DNA of 61,469 bases, counting the filler, from Choristocarpus tenellus KU-1152 (lineage: Eukaryota > Protista > Phaeophyceae), in the NCBI GenBank assembly GCA_964200185.2. It is 6 parts of 6 records of this genome, joined end to end, with 100 filler letters (N's around TTAATTAATTAA, not from the genome) between each part and the next. Parts side by side here need not be neighbours in the genome. Positions count along the whole stretch, not along the records: positions 12,347 to 20,412 come from CAXNAD020005206.1; positions 20,513 to 33,122 come from CAXNAD020001765.1; 4 more parts are not named here. One strand, given 5' to 3'. How positions within the stretch are numbered: position 1 is the stretch's first letter; the number at the start of each line of letters is the position of its first letter. The notes under the pieces are model-generated. The model saw only the letters and a program-made list of their open reading frames with translations, did no database searches and had not been told where the DNA came from. Below, piece after piece: positions 12,247 to 24,335 of this stretch. The position numbers were made by a program, and so were the translations under genes.

Positions 12247-15200
12247 NNNNNNNNNNNNNNNNNNNNNNNNNNNNNNNNNNNNNNNNNNNNTTAATTAATT
12301 AANNNNNNNNNNNNNNNNNNNNNNNNNNNNNNNNNNNNNNNNNNNNTGTGGATATGTCTCTCGGGCATGAGAAGTTGGTACCTTGCCTGCTGTGACTCCC
12401 ATCTGAGCAGTGTGCGGGTATTGTTGAGTTCAACAGAAGACATGGGCTTTGCCATGTCCACAGCTTGTGCTGGGGATTTGTGTTCAAATGCTCTCTGCTT
12501 CTCTGTTCAAGGGTGTCTTTAACAAAGGGTTGATTGACTTTGGAAACTGGTTTTTGATAACCAGCTGTTATTGCCTGGGTGTAAAAAGACGTCCCTTTTC
12601 AGGTATGGTATTCTTAGTTGAAGTGGTTCCTTTGATGCACATACCTTCAAGACCATGACTAGAACCCCTGTTAGAATCAGGATGCAAATGAACTTCCCCG
12701 AAATTGCCCCCCTCCCACCCCTTCTTCTGATTCCACCCAGGTTCGGTATGTTCGATTTTTCCGCTACTTCTATGAGAGCAATACATTTATCTATGCTCTC
12801 CTGATCCTGTCCATCCTCTCATCTATTTACCTGGTGAGTGGCGACCGTAGGGGCGGGGGGGCGCCCTTGCTGCCAACCTTAAGGGGTCGAGAGAATGCAA
12901 TTGTTGGTGATGACAGCAACGTTGATATCTTAAGAAATGAGGGCAGCGGCAATGCTTTGGTATCCCAGGGAAAGGAGGGGGGGGGGGCATCCCGAGGTCC
13001 AGTTCCATCCCTACAAAAACAGCATCCCTTAGAGGGATTGCCTTGGATGGGAGGAACCGAGATGTTGGATTCCGCCCCCTTTCGTGGACAAGCTGCCGCT
13101 CTATGTAAGTGGGCGGTTATCAATCTCGATGCTACTGCTGCTGTGATAATATTCTAAAGGCTTTTGAAGATTGTACCCCCCTAGGTGTACATCAACTGTT
13201 TTTTGCAATCTTCTCTCACTAGTCAAGGTGCTTCGCCTCAGTTGGTTTGGTGAAGGGAGGTTGACCTTGGAGTGAAGGTGTTCGATGTCGAGGGGTGTTT
13301 GGTAGGTACTGCGGAAGTAAACCCTGGGTGCTCTGTGGTTGCACGATGTACTCTGTACACTAGATCGTTTTGATTTGAAGAGGTTTAAGGGTGTTCGCTG
13401 CCCTTTACATCCAGACCTACTTCCCATGCCCGACTCATTAGATTTATCTTTCTATTGCATCTTATATATGGAGGAGAGAGGTTGATGAGGTGAAGGGGGA
13501 GGTTATTATGAGGAGAATAAGGGAGGTTATTGTGGAGCCAGTAGTGAAGGTTATTGTGAAGGGAATAGGGGAGGCGACAGGAACGATGGGTGGCTTTGAC
13601 TGGGCATTGAAAGAATCTTTAGAGCGCGATCGAATAGCTTGTGCTTTGGTGTTTATACACCATGCACTGTGTATGTGAGGTCCTGTGGCACAGTGTGCAC
13701 TTGATACAGTGCGATGATATCGTTGTGGACAACCAGGTGGTAATGTGTGTGTTATTCTTACAGTAACTTCTTACGTAGTTGTGGTTGTCCTGTAAATTTA
13801 TGGATTGTGTCGAAGTGATAACACTTGAATATATGTATACTACGTTGCATTTTTTATTGTATGTTTATTTGCACTGAAGTGTGTGTGTGTGTGCTTGGAA
13901 GGTTATTGTAGCCTTCTTTGACCTTGACATGCTCCTCCCATGCCCTCTCATCCTCCCCTCCTCCGTGTCATTTTTTATGCCTTTCTTGGCCGTGCTTGCA
14001 TTGCCCACCTCTTCTCTTTTTTGTTGTAATCTTGTGCACTGTATCTCTTGTGGTACCATGCCCATTACATGTATCACCAGTTTTGTAGGCCAACGGCCAC
14101 CCCTGTCAGCACTGACAAGATCAAGGAGACCCTCAGAGAGGCAGAGTCGCAGGTACCTGCAGGAGCAGCTGCAGTTACCCCATACAATGCTGACCCGCTG
14201 CCAGCGGGTCCATGACCATGAAGCTGTCACCAGAACATGGAAAGTCGGGTTGGCTCTCTCTTGTACTATTGGTGGGGGGGATGGGTGGGGGGTTGGTGTA
14301 ACTTGGTGTTCGTCTGTGACAATGTGTGAGAGATGGTTGGAGGTTGGTCAAGGTTTGTCAACTTTTGCTGTTCAGCAATGGACTAACAGTGATTTGATCG
14401 AGTAGTAGTCCTTTTTCTAGGTGGTTATTTTTTTTATTAATGTTTCCATTATGTTGTGCCACCTACGTAAAGCACCGGTGTTTGGGCAGTGCATGGGTTG
14501 GAGATATTTTGCGGTTTTTGTGCTTGTTCGCTTGGTCTTAACAAGCAGAAGGGAAGGGACAATCCAGAGGGTTGAGGGAGTGACACCACAATATGCCTCC
14601 CCTCGACTTTTATTCTGTGACTTTGGTGTCTTTTTATTACCCCTAATAGTCCATTTAGTTGGTGCTTGATGTGGTCAGAGGCATGGGTACTCAGCCACTT
14701 CGAACAGGTGGTTGTTTATGTTTGGTATTAGTGGCATGGTCATTGGTTCATGTAGCTCTCTCTGGACTGCTGTGGGGTAATCAATATGTCTTGTGGTAGT
14801 TTAACTTCCTTGTTATCCTGTTACTCTTCCCCTCCAATTACTATCACCTTAGGTTCTTCTCATTGTGTATATTACCCATGGGTTGTATTCTCAATGGATA
14901 TCACATGAATATGCATGGCACAAGGTCTTATGTTGGAAGGGATGGTTGGGTGTGGTATTGTGAGCAGCTTGGATTTGATGGGGGGGTGGGTGGATGCTTA
15001 CGTCACTGGTCAAGTTGTAGGTGAGGTGGGAGATGTACTGGTCTATTGGTATTGCTGTGTCTCCCTTGGAGCTGTTGGTTTGTCTTTCTTTTTTCTTCTG
15101 AGAGATGTTTTTCTTGCGTCCAACCTTCAAATAGTTGCAAGTGGTGAATTAAAATTGTACTTTAGTGTTTGGAGTATGAGATACATATTGTAAGGGGAGG

Positions 15201-17742
15201 AAAGTGCTGTTGCACTGCTTTGACTGTCCCACCTCACACGAATACAAACTTTTGTGCGTGATGGGGGGGTAGATCCCTTATGCTGTGGGTGTTACTTGAT
15301 CCCTAGAAGCTTGGAGGTATTGATCAGGAGTACCCTGATGCTTACCTTCAGTGCCACCATCTATTAAAATGTATGTCCTTTGAACATACTTTGTTGTCAC
15401 CAGGCATGGCATGAGGCTGGCAAGTTGAGCATGATCTTGTTTAGTAGAATTAATTAATAATCTTTATACTCTTATCTCCAAAGTAGGAAGTTGCCGGATC
15501 CTGGATTTTAAGCAGAAGAGAGAGACACTTGAGGGTCATTACCAAGTGCGCTTCATACAAAGATATATTTTGGGGTATGTGTACATGTGTCTATGTAGGT
15601 GTGATGACTCTCCGACTTTTGGGGGGTAAGGGAATCCATAGGCAAGTGACATTAAAACAAGGTATCATAAAGTCGACTGAATGATTAGGCTTGTTGTGGG
15701 ATAGTGACTTGGGGTTAGGCGAGCATGTGGTGATTACTGCGATATCAAAACATCCTTCTTGGTTTGTGCCAGGGATTGGGGTAGACTCTACTTGTATGGT
15801 GTTAAGGTCTTTTGTAGCCTCAACCAATAATATTCAATTACAATCACAGTATACTAGATACACTGTACAGCATCGTACTGTGTTTCCAGCTTCCCTTTTG
15901 TGGTCAGGTCAGGTATTTTCTCCCTCACCTCTACTCACATCTGTCAGTTTTTTGTCCCATCATCTACTGTATGTAGAATATAGTATAATAATAATGGCTT
16001 CCTTCTTCTGGGATTATAACACCAATGTCATCCTTCTCAAGACTGTCCATCTCTCCTCACATTTACAACCTCTATACCACCTGTTGCTCACAATGGAAAA
16101 TCTGGTCGCGTATCAGGAACTTAGATCGAATACAATGAAAAGGCACACTTGAAAAAAGTTACATCTAACAAACCAAGAAATGTAGTTGATATACTTGCCT
16201 TTGGGATTCATTACTGACTAGCCTTACGCCATTTAGTATGCCCCTCATGGGACATGACATACACTGTGATTGGATACAACCAGAAAGGACTATACGTTTA
16301 ACAGTTCTTGTTCAGTTGGACTGTTATTTTTCCTTTGTGAGTACATACTTTTCACTGCTAGTCATGAGATTGGTGTTACAAATTTAACCATTTTCACAGG
16401 CAGGCAACTGACTAATCCATGAATTTGTGCCTTTCCGATTTAAGAAGTTGTCAGTCAGCAGAGTGGTATGATGTTTAGTTGCGTTAAACAGTAGCAGGAA
16501 TTTCACATGCACCTACAGTTTCTTTCTTAGTCACACTGTACCATTGACTAAATTGAAACCATATTTAAAGCATTGGTTGACTTAGATCAGGGGTCTAATG
16601 TTGTATCTGTTACGAATGAAATGCGTTCAGTTATTCCATTTTGGAAGAAATGATCTGAATAGGAGACTGTTCTGTTGCCGAATGGAATGACCCTGAAGGT
16701 CTGGTATTTAAATATTAGCATGAGTAGACTACAAAAACGATACTCTCAGCTGGGACAAAGGGCAACAAATATGAAGAAAATACCGAAAACGTTTTGGTAC
16801 CAGCCAATTCAAGTATCTTATTTAATGTACTGTTAAAAAAAATCGTAATTACACAAACATGTAAATCGGTGTAATGTTCCCACCCCCACACCGCCACACG
16901 TTATCTTTCACCCTACTGAGGTTGAGAAGTCTAAATTCATGATTTACGCAGTAGAAGTAGAAACAGTATATTATCCTGCACCTACATCAAACAATTCTAA
17001 AATGTGTAAAGCCCCCTTAAATTAAGCGCTTCCCAAGGTTACCCAAGGCCCCTCTATTGCATCCACAGGATAGATGACTACCACCACAAAATTTGACTAA
17101 ATTCACTAAATGTGTAGGTTATATTTTTCACACACAAACCTTCCGCTTCATTTTCCTGTGGTGTCAGGCATCTCTATTACTTCACCTATGATTCATGCAA
17201 CACATCCCTCCCAAAAAGACCACCCTCCACATACTAAATCACTTTTTATAGGTATGTGGTGCTATACACACGGTAGGATTGTAGTGACACTCCAACCCTT
17301 TTCACACACAAGGGGTTATCTTTATATTTCTTCCCAATAAAGAAAAATGAGGATACGGTCCTAAGGAGTTGATGGTCCTTTGTAGCTTTCTATATAGCGT
17401 CTATTTTGTTCTCCTCCTGTCCGCAACAAAATAAAACATGCAAAGAAACAGTAAGAGGGGCAAGGTCATTATGGATCAGGGAGTGCTGGGAGATAAGGAA
17501 GGAAAGAAGTGAGGAAGCAAGGAGGGAGAGAAGGGCTTTCGATGAGAGGAGCATTCCGAAAGAAAAAAAAAGCTTGCTGAATATTGTACTCTCCCTTATC
17601 TATGGTTGATACTTTGTATCCACCTTGCAATAAGAAATACTTTGTGTTTTACATGTGTCTTAAGCCAAGAATAGGGTGGGTACCATTGGCTCCGAATATA
17701 AGAAGTGTGATCTGTGCACATGGACACTTAAATGAAATATAC

Positions 17743-18905
17743 CGTTTTTCATGCACATTAGGTCGCTGCAGTATTCACGCCAGACGGCCACGAAATAGCT
17801 GCGTGAAGCAATCTTGCGCCCTTCATATTTCTTCATCTTGACATAAAATTCATAGATGTCCTAGACTCAAGGAGCAAGAGACAGCAACAAGAGGTTAGCA
17901 GGTGATGGTCAAGGTCAGAGGGTACATGGGAGCGAAGGGGAGGTTGGTAAGTGAACATGGACAGTTCTAACCATGATCCTGTGCTGTCTTGCGTTCATAC
18001 CCCATTTATTCCCCCATGAAAACACATACGCCATGCATGCAATAATGCTATAGATACATGCGCACCTTTTTCGTCATGCCGTAAAGGTGCTTTTCGTTGG
18101 AAGCGGGCATGTGCTCCGCAAGATCCGAGATGTCATGGCGTAAGAATGCCACAATAACCCCGGCAATCGTGTCCGTGTACTCTCTTGGCTTCCTATCGAC
18201 AGGCACGAGTACGAAGAGGAAATGGAAACTTGCATACTATCAGACACCCCTTAATCGACAGCCCCAGGCGAGAGAGGGAAACCTTAGGCTACGACATATA
18301 AACAGAGGGGGGGATAAGTGTACACTGTAGAAATGTGACCAAGGTGGTATTGTGGACAGAAAACAGTGTGGTGAGGGAAAAACACGCAGGTATGGGATAC
18401 GAACGAACCACGCTCACCGTTGGAGGGAGGGGGAGCTCTTGGCGCGCTCTGACCCTTTGCAAGACTGGATGAGGTCGTTGGACACTTTGAACGTGTCAAC
18501 GAACATTTTGGTGCAAACAAGTTGAGAGCAGTCACCGATAGTTGCAAGCATGCCTTTGCGCAACGGTTCGTCCTGGTTAGGAGTGTCCACAGGCACCCTG
18601 TCCAAAATAAACTTCTTCCGATGCTTCAAACCTGGCAACTTCCAGAACCTAGCTTGGTCATCACGAAGTCGTTTACCCAACGTACTTTGAGGGTCCTTGA
18701 ACTTGGTGAAGCATTTTCCCTTCACACAACACTCTGTGAATCGGCCAATATCCGGTCGGATTTTCTTTTTTCCTTCGTGCGATTTTTCAGATACCCCATT
18801 GTCTCGCATGGGTGAAGACGCAGGAGATAATGACTCTGACTCTACTTTTGGAGGTGTGTGATCTGTCCGTAGTGGTCGTGAGTTTCCGTCCAATACGTGA
18901 ACCAT
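17743..18905 (-). mobile_element. Spliced Sola-like DNA transposase, N-terminal part; exons 18905-18418, 18192-18066, 17860-17743
   Basis: In-phase GT-AG joins give CCVKGKCF...RFWKL...RKKFI...VCTKMFVDTFKVS...AEHMPASNEKHLYGMTKK-DIYEFY...SRSYFVAVWREYC. This motif order resembles Sola2/Sola3-type transposase N-termini (recognised from memory, not searched). No catalytic core found. Confidence 0.65.
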
Positions 18906-19623
18906 CGTAGATGACAATCTTGTTCGTCGAGTGAGCGGGTGACTATACAGTAGTATAGTTCTTATAGATCTACCTTTAGGGTTGTGAGATGCGTGACCCG
19001 ATAGGAACCCTACTGGAAACAGTGGTTCAGGGTTAATTTGATACGTTGGTTGTTGGTTGGCTTCCTGTTTGATTTTGAACACGTTAATTAATTCGAATAT
19101 ATATTTATGACGTAATATATGTGATTTCAGAGAAGGTATACGATACGTTGGAGAATCACAGAAGTTTTTTTTTTGTATGGAGAGAACAGGTTCGTGGTAG
19201 GGCCATCTCTTATTATGTCCGAGCAATCTTGTTCGAAAAACATTTCAACCTTACTTTAGGAAGAAACCCAATGGCAACTAAAAATGGGTGATAGTGTGTA
19301 ATTTGGTTCCTTGTGTCGCCCATTTCTTGTTGTGTTCGACTTCTTCCTAAAAATAAGATTGAAAAGAAAATTTCCGTTAAATTGCTCCAGCATAATAATA
19401 GGAGATGGTCTAAGGGAGTTGTGGGAATATATTGTCTTCGAACAAGTTTCAAATACCTAGGAGGAAGGGTTGGGGAAGGAGGAAGGGACGTATGTCCTTC
19501 TAAATGGGTAGGAATGCAGGAGAGGGAGAAGCGGAATCTGTAGTACTACAAGACAAAAAAACTTGGTGCGGAACAAGATGCTGCAGGAGAAGGGGGAGAA
19601 AAGGGATTTATAGGGTAAAATGT

Positions 19624-19885
19624 GAGTGAACGTATCTTAGTAGTAAGATTTTTGCCCTGTTTGTCCATTATTTGGGGCTTGACTTCCCACGTTTTTTTAA
19701 TGACATTTTACGCACTCTCTGAATTGTTTCAGAGTAGGTAAAATGTGTACACTATGAAAAGGTGTGTCCGGAACAAGGATATTGATACTTCCTATCAAAC
19801 ACCATAGCCAAAATCACATCAAAATCGTAACATTGAATTTTGGCCCCCAAAGGACGCAGCTCTACCCTCTAAGAAACTTTGACTC
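19624..19885 (+). mobile_element. MITE family A
   Basis: Perfect ATGT/ATGT TSD; matches the family consensus. Confidence 0.92.
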
Positions 19886-20272
19886 ATGTGCGTACAGTAA
19901 CTACCCATCATGGTCCCTTTCCCGCTTTGGTCTCTGGACTCCTGTAAGTCATAGAAGAGCATCAACTGATGATGCAAATGCACAAAAGGTTGATAGGTGG
20001 GGCACCATCTGACAACAACCTCAAGAAGAGGACGGACAGCAACCAACAAAGAGAATGGAGAGTAATGGGCAGACTTGCAGCAAATCACCAACAATGGCGT
20101 GGGGGGGCAGTCCTCTCCCAGGTGGGAGGCTTAGAAGACTGCGAAAACACACTGACAATCCACTTACTTGGAGGTAAGGGTTTGGGGATGGGCTTGCAAT
20201 TAAGGATGTGGGAGGTGGGTGAGATCGCGCAGGTAGGGAAGAGGGATTTTGAGTGAAGTATTGAGTCTGGCA

Positions 20273-20411
20273 GCTCAAAATACCCGGGGAGGGATGGCAG
20301 CTATCCATTCGGCTTCCATTTTTCCATGTCGCAATTTTTGGGTGATTTGGTTGCATGTGTCGGATTGATGATGTAAGTGCACTTTTCCTGGTCAGGGTCC
20401 GAATGGACACC
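20273..20411 (-). mobile_element. MITE family B, diverged, truncated by the gap
   Basis: GCTCAAAATACCCGGGG...TTTTTGGGTGATTTGGTTGCAT...GCACTTTTCCTG. Confidence 0.85.
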
Positions 20412-20899
20412 CNNNNNNNNNNNNNNNNNNNNNNNNNNNNNNNNNNNNNNNNNNNNTTAATTAATTAANNNNNNNNNNNNNNNNNNNNNNNNNNNNNNNN
20501 NNNNNNNNNNNNGGGGGGAGTAATTAGCGAGGTACTCCTATGTAAAGAGGCGGTAGTGAAGTACTCCTGTGTAAAGGGGGCGTGTGTGTATCAATAGTGT
20601 ATATAGATATCAATCGATCTATGCGTATGTGTGTAGTCTAGTAGTTCAGATGGATACAACAGCAGCAGTTGCATCACGCCTTGCCATTATTAAGGTACAT
20701 CTTGCCATTATTAAGGTACACCAACGTGCATCGGAGAAAGGAGGGGGTGACTTTGTTCACAGCAGCTTCTTGGTACATTTGTGTGTGTATGTGCCTGTGT
20801 GTATGTCTCTCTTTTTTTATTAACGGTTGCATATCAGCGTTATCTTACTGGGTTATTCTTGGTCGTAAAGGATACTAACCTGTACAACAACTGTTGTAG

Positions 20900-21733
20900 A
20901 GGTACGTGGGCGTTTTGATGTGCTTTCAGTGATGGAATTTCAACGTACTGTGCCCATCCCTCTAAATCCAAAGTTGGTGGAATGGTTTTGTCACACAATC
21001 CGAGGTAGGTATGGTATTCATTTGCTGTTAGTTGAGTCTTAGACCCTTACCCCTTTTCCCTCCCTCCCCCCCCCTGTGTGCTAAGTCCCTCTATTGCTGT
21101 GTACATCACCATAACCAGTGTCTCCTATACTCTTTTTCATTCATCGATACACATTACATATGCACATAACTACATATAGTTGTATTACTATATTACTATA
21201 TTTACAGTTACCTACTCTCGTTTTAAAAAAAAGGTATAATTACTAGTCTTTAATTCCCATAAATAGTTGTGTGGAAAATACACAGATGCACACGTAGCTA
21301 TTCACATATCATAAGATGATATGAACAAAAACACAAGTTGAAAAAAATAGACAGGAAAAAAAATGACCCTCCGAAGTGCTCCAAATATGAAACTCTTTGT
21401 AGGTGAGAGTTCTCATTTTAATATTGAAAAAGTCATCATGAGGCAAAGCAGATCCTTAGTCTGCCGAGTCCGCCGTTACTCCTCTGAAGTAGAGCAAACC
21501 AGTTTGCTGTCTTATGTGAGTTTTTCTCACATTCTTGCTGACATTTAATTCTGGGATGCCCCTCAAAGGGATACATACCACTGTCCCTGGGTGGCGGGTA
21601 CCTGACTGGTGTCATACATACTGAGAATATATGTATCAATAGGTGTCAACTGTCTCATGAAAAGACATGAGATCTGTCGGGCTCGTGATTAGCCTGGTCC
21701 ATGTATCACCATGTTTCACACAGTTTTAAAACA

Positions 21734-21764
<31 letters not shown>

Positions 21765-21911
21765 TGTATGTATGTATGTATGTATGTATGTATGTATGTA
21801 TGTAGGCTAACAAGGGGGGTGTTCATTGGTAGACAAGTTATTCTCGGTGTGCTGATTTTTGTGAAAGATTTGATATTTCTGCAGAGTACGGGCAGGGGTG
21901 TTGGCTGGTTG
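20900..21911 (+). CDS. Putative spliced gene fragment of unknown function; exons 20900-21004, 21403-21515, 21885-21911
   Basis: Three stop-free exons with canonical acceptors/donors (GTAGGT, GTGAGT, GTATGG) and matching phases; no recognised domain. Confidence 0.35.
21735..21803 (+). repeat. (TATG)n microsatellite
   Basis: About 17 tandem TATG units. Confidence 0.95.
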
Positions 21912-22443
21912 GTATGGCATGTCAAGCTATACCGATTATCTACTGGTATGTACCACGGACAATATAAGCCCAATCCATTATACCATTTTTGTTTTTGTTG
22001 TAGCAGTTTCACAGCGCTCATGACTCCCACCATTTTCCATTTTTTTTTGTATTTATCTTGAGAAAAAACTGAAGCGCGCTGGATTTTGATTGGCTGTGCC
22101 TGTCCTGCTTCTTATGTTACACCTAGCATGTTCTCAGACTTTCATTGCACCCCCCCCTTTTTTTTTTTAATGGTTAGGGTTACTCCCCTCATAGGTTTGC
22201 TTCTATCGACAGCTGCTACCACTTCACAAGGATCATTTTAATTGTCAATAGTTTTACTATATCAATTTCTTCTCACACTCATACCGATTTGGGAAAAAGA
22301 AGAATAATTTGTTGTTCAGGTTCCCTTTTTTCTGTTTCCACCACCAACCTTTTGACATTCTCTCCCTCATTAAATTTCTGCATGGTTTCCCCTGCCTGCC
22401 TCCCCTTTCTCCACACATGCTTTATGAAACATGTGTAATGTGG

Positions 22444-22755
22444 AGAGGAAGGGGGAGGGTTGGTTCGGTTCATTCTCACCAACACCTACTCGTGCTTCTC
22501 TTTGCATGTTACTTGCACTAGCAGCAAAGTTGAATTATGTGTTGATCCACAGTGATGTGAAGAAGACCTTCACACAGGCTGACTTGGAGGAAACTTTACA
22601 TGTGGAACTTCAAGAAGGACTGGCGAGGTTTGATGGAGCAGTGGGATTACTGAAGATGTCCCTGTATGGGATAGTTCAGGCTTCTCGGAACTGGAATTTT
22701 CTACTGGTGGAAACTTTGTTGGAGCAGGGATGGGAGCAATCTGAGGCAGATCAAA
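22444..22755 (+). mobile_element. Ty1/copia reverse transcriptase fragment (inverted duplicate)
   Basis: HSDVKKTFTQADLEE...LLKMSLYGIVQASRNW matches the RVT_2 motifs DVxxAFL and LxKSLYGLKQAxRxW. Confidence 0.88.
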
Positions 22756-22803
22756 TCTATATGTATGCATGTATGTATGTATTATTATAATCTGTTCATT
22801 TGT

Positions 22804-23900
22804 TCAGATTCTTCCAATCCCTGCTCCAACAAAGCTTCCACCAGCAGAAAATTCCAGTTCCGAGAAGCCTGGACTATCCCATACAGGGACATCTTCAGTA
22901 ATCCCACTGCTACATCAAACCTCGCCTGTCATTCTTGAAGTTCCACATGTAAAGTTTCCTCCAAGTCAGCCTGTGTGAAGGCCTTCTTCCAATCACTGTG
23001 GATCAACACATAATTCAACTTTGCTGCTTGTGCAAGTAACATGCAAAGAGAAGCACGAGTAGGTGTTGGTGAGAATGAACCGAACCAACCCTCCCCCTTC
23101 CTCTGTCTGAATCCTGGACGACCAACCTGGCCTTGTACCTTTCCACTTCTCCATTAGCGTCCTCCTTCCTGGTAAACACCATCTTTGTCCCAAGTACCTT
23201 GTGACCATCAGTGGGGCGAGGTACCTGAATCCACACTCCCCTGCTGTCCAGATCATCAACCTCATCATCAATGACTCCTTTCCACAAAGGCCACTCCTCT
23301 GACTCCATTGCTGCTCATATAGTTTTAGGTTTTGGTGGTAGGAGTTTATCTTTCCCACCAACAAGCAAACCAACCAGTCTCCTCTCATACCGAAGTGCCT
23401 GCTCTGATGGTTCACCAGGTTCAGGTGGGGGGCCACAGTTACGGTCCGCGAGTCTCAGCATCAACCTTCTACCACTCCCCTGCTGTGATGTAGACGGATC
23501 CACATCCCCATTCCTGGATCCAATGCCTCATCAGATCCCACCAAGTCTCCATCAACCTCCCATAGCAGCACACGAAAAAAACGTTTCTCTCGAACTTAGC
23601 GTAACCTTCACCATCGTCATTGCCACTATAGACCTTGAACTTGGACGGCAATGGTATCAGTTGTCGCATTGCCTGCCCAGCTTGTGCCATCAGCGGTTGG
23701 GTCTCCTAACTATCTCTTCGTCATCATTCTCGGACTCAACCACCTCTCCACCTTCTTCAACTGGTGTTGTAGGTGTTGTGTCTCCATACTCCGCTCTTCT
23801 CGAAGTACGTCTTCTGTAACCGACAGCCGCCTCCATCGGGTCTCCCCCTCAAATTGATTTAACGCTAGCCATGAGAAATCAGCACACTTCAATAAGTAAT
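22804..23900 (-). mobile_element. Ty1/copia pol relic (integrase-RT linker and RT)
   Basis: MESEEWPLWKGVIDDEV...VWIQVPRP...VLGTKMVFTRKEDANGEVERYKARLVVQ is the canonical copia RT N-terminus; frameshifted; no LTRs found. Confidence 0.9.
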
Positions 23901-24260
23901 GCTAGCTAGCATGTTCAAGAAATTGATGTTCCCAAGACTTGTTTGTGTATGTAAATGACTCAGTTAATTCCTTATTATGTAGATCGGGTTGTACATGAAG
24001 TAAGGAAGGTGCAAGGAGGAGTGGACATCCAAGCCCAAGGGGGGGGGATCCTTGCCACCAAATCGATTCTATTCTGTGAATGACTAATCAAACTAATCAA
24101 TTATTAGAATTACTTCCCACAATGCTTCCTGTTCCTGAACTCTTCCACGTTCTAGTTCTTGAAACCCAACCGTATCTTCTATTCTTGAGAACACATTGTC
24201 TCTTCATCCTTGGATTGTTTCTTCTACAGAATCTTTACACATGAATAAAGAGCATATTCT

Positions 24261-24261
<1 letters not shown>

Positions 24262-24332
<71 letters not shown>
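24262..24332 (+). repeat. (AC)n microsatellite
   Basis: About 35 AC units. Confidence 0.95.

Positions 24333-24335
<3 letters not shown>

Noticed and set aside
12347-17400. Many 60-170 aa ORFs
   Set aside because: No coherent domain or exon chain found; probably decayed TE sequence that I could not classify
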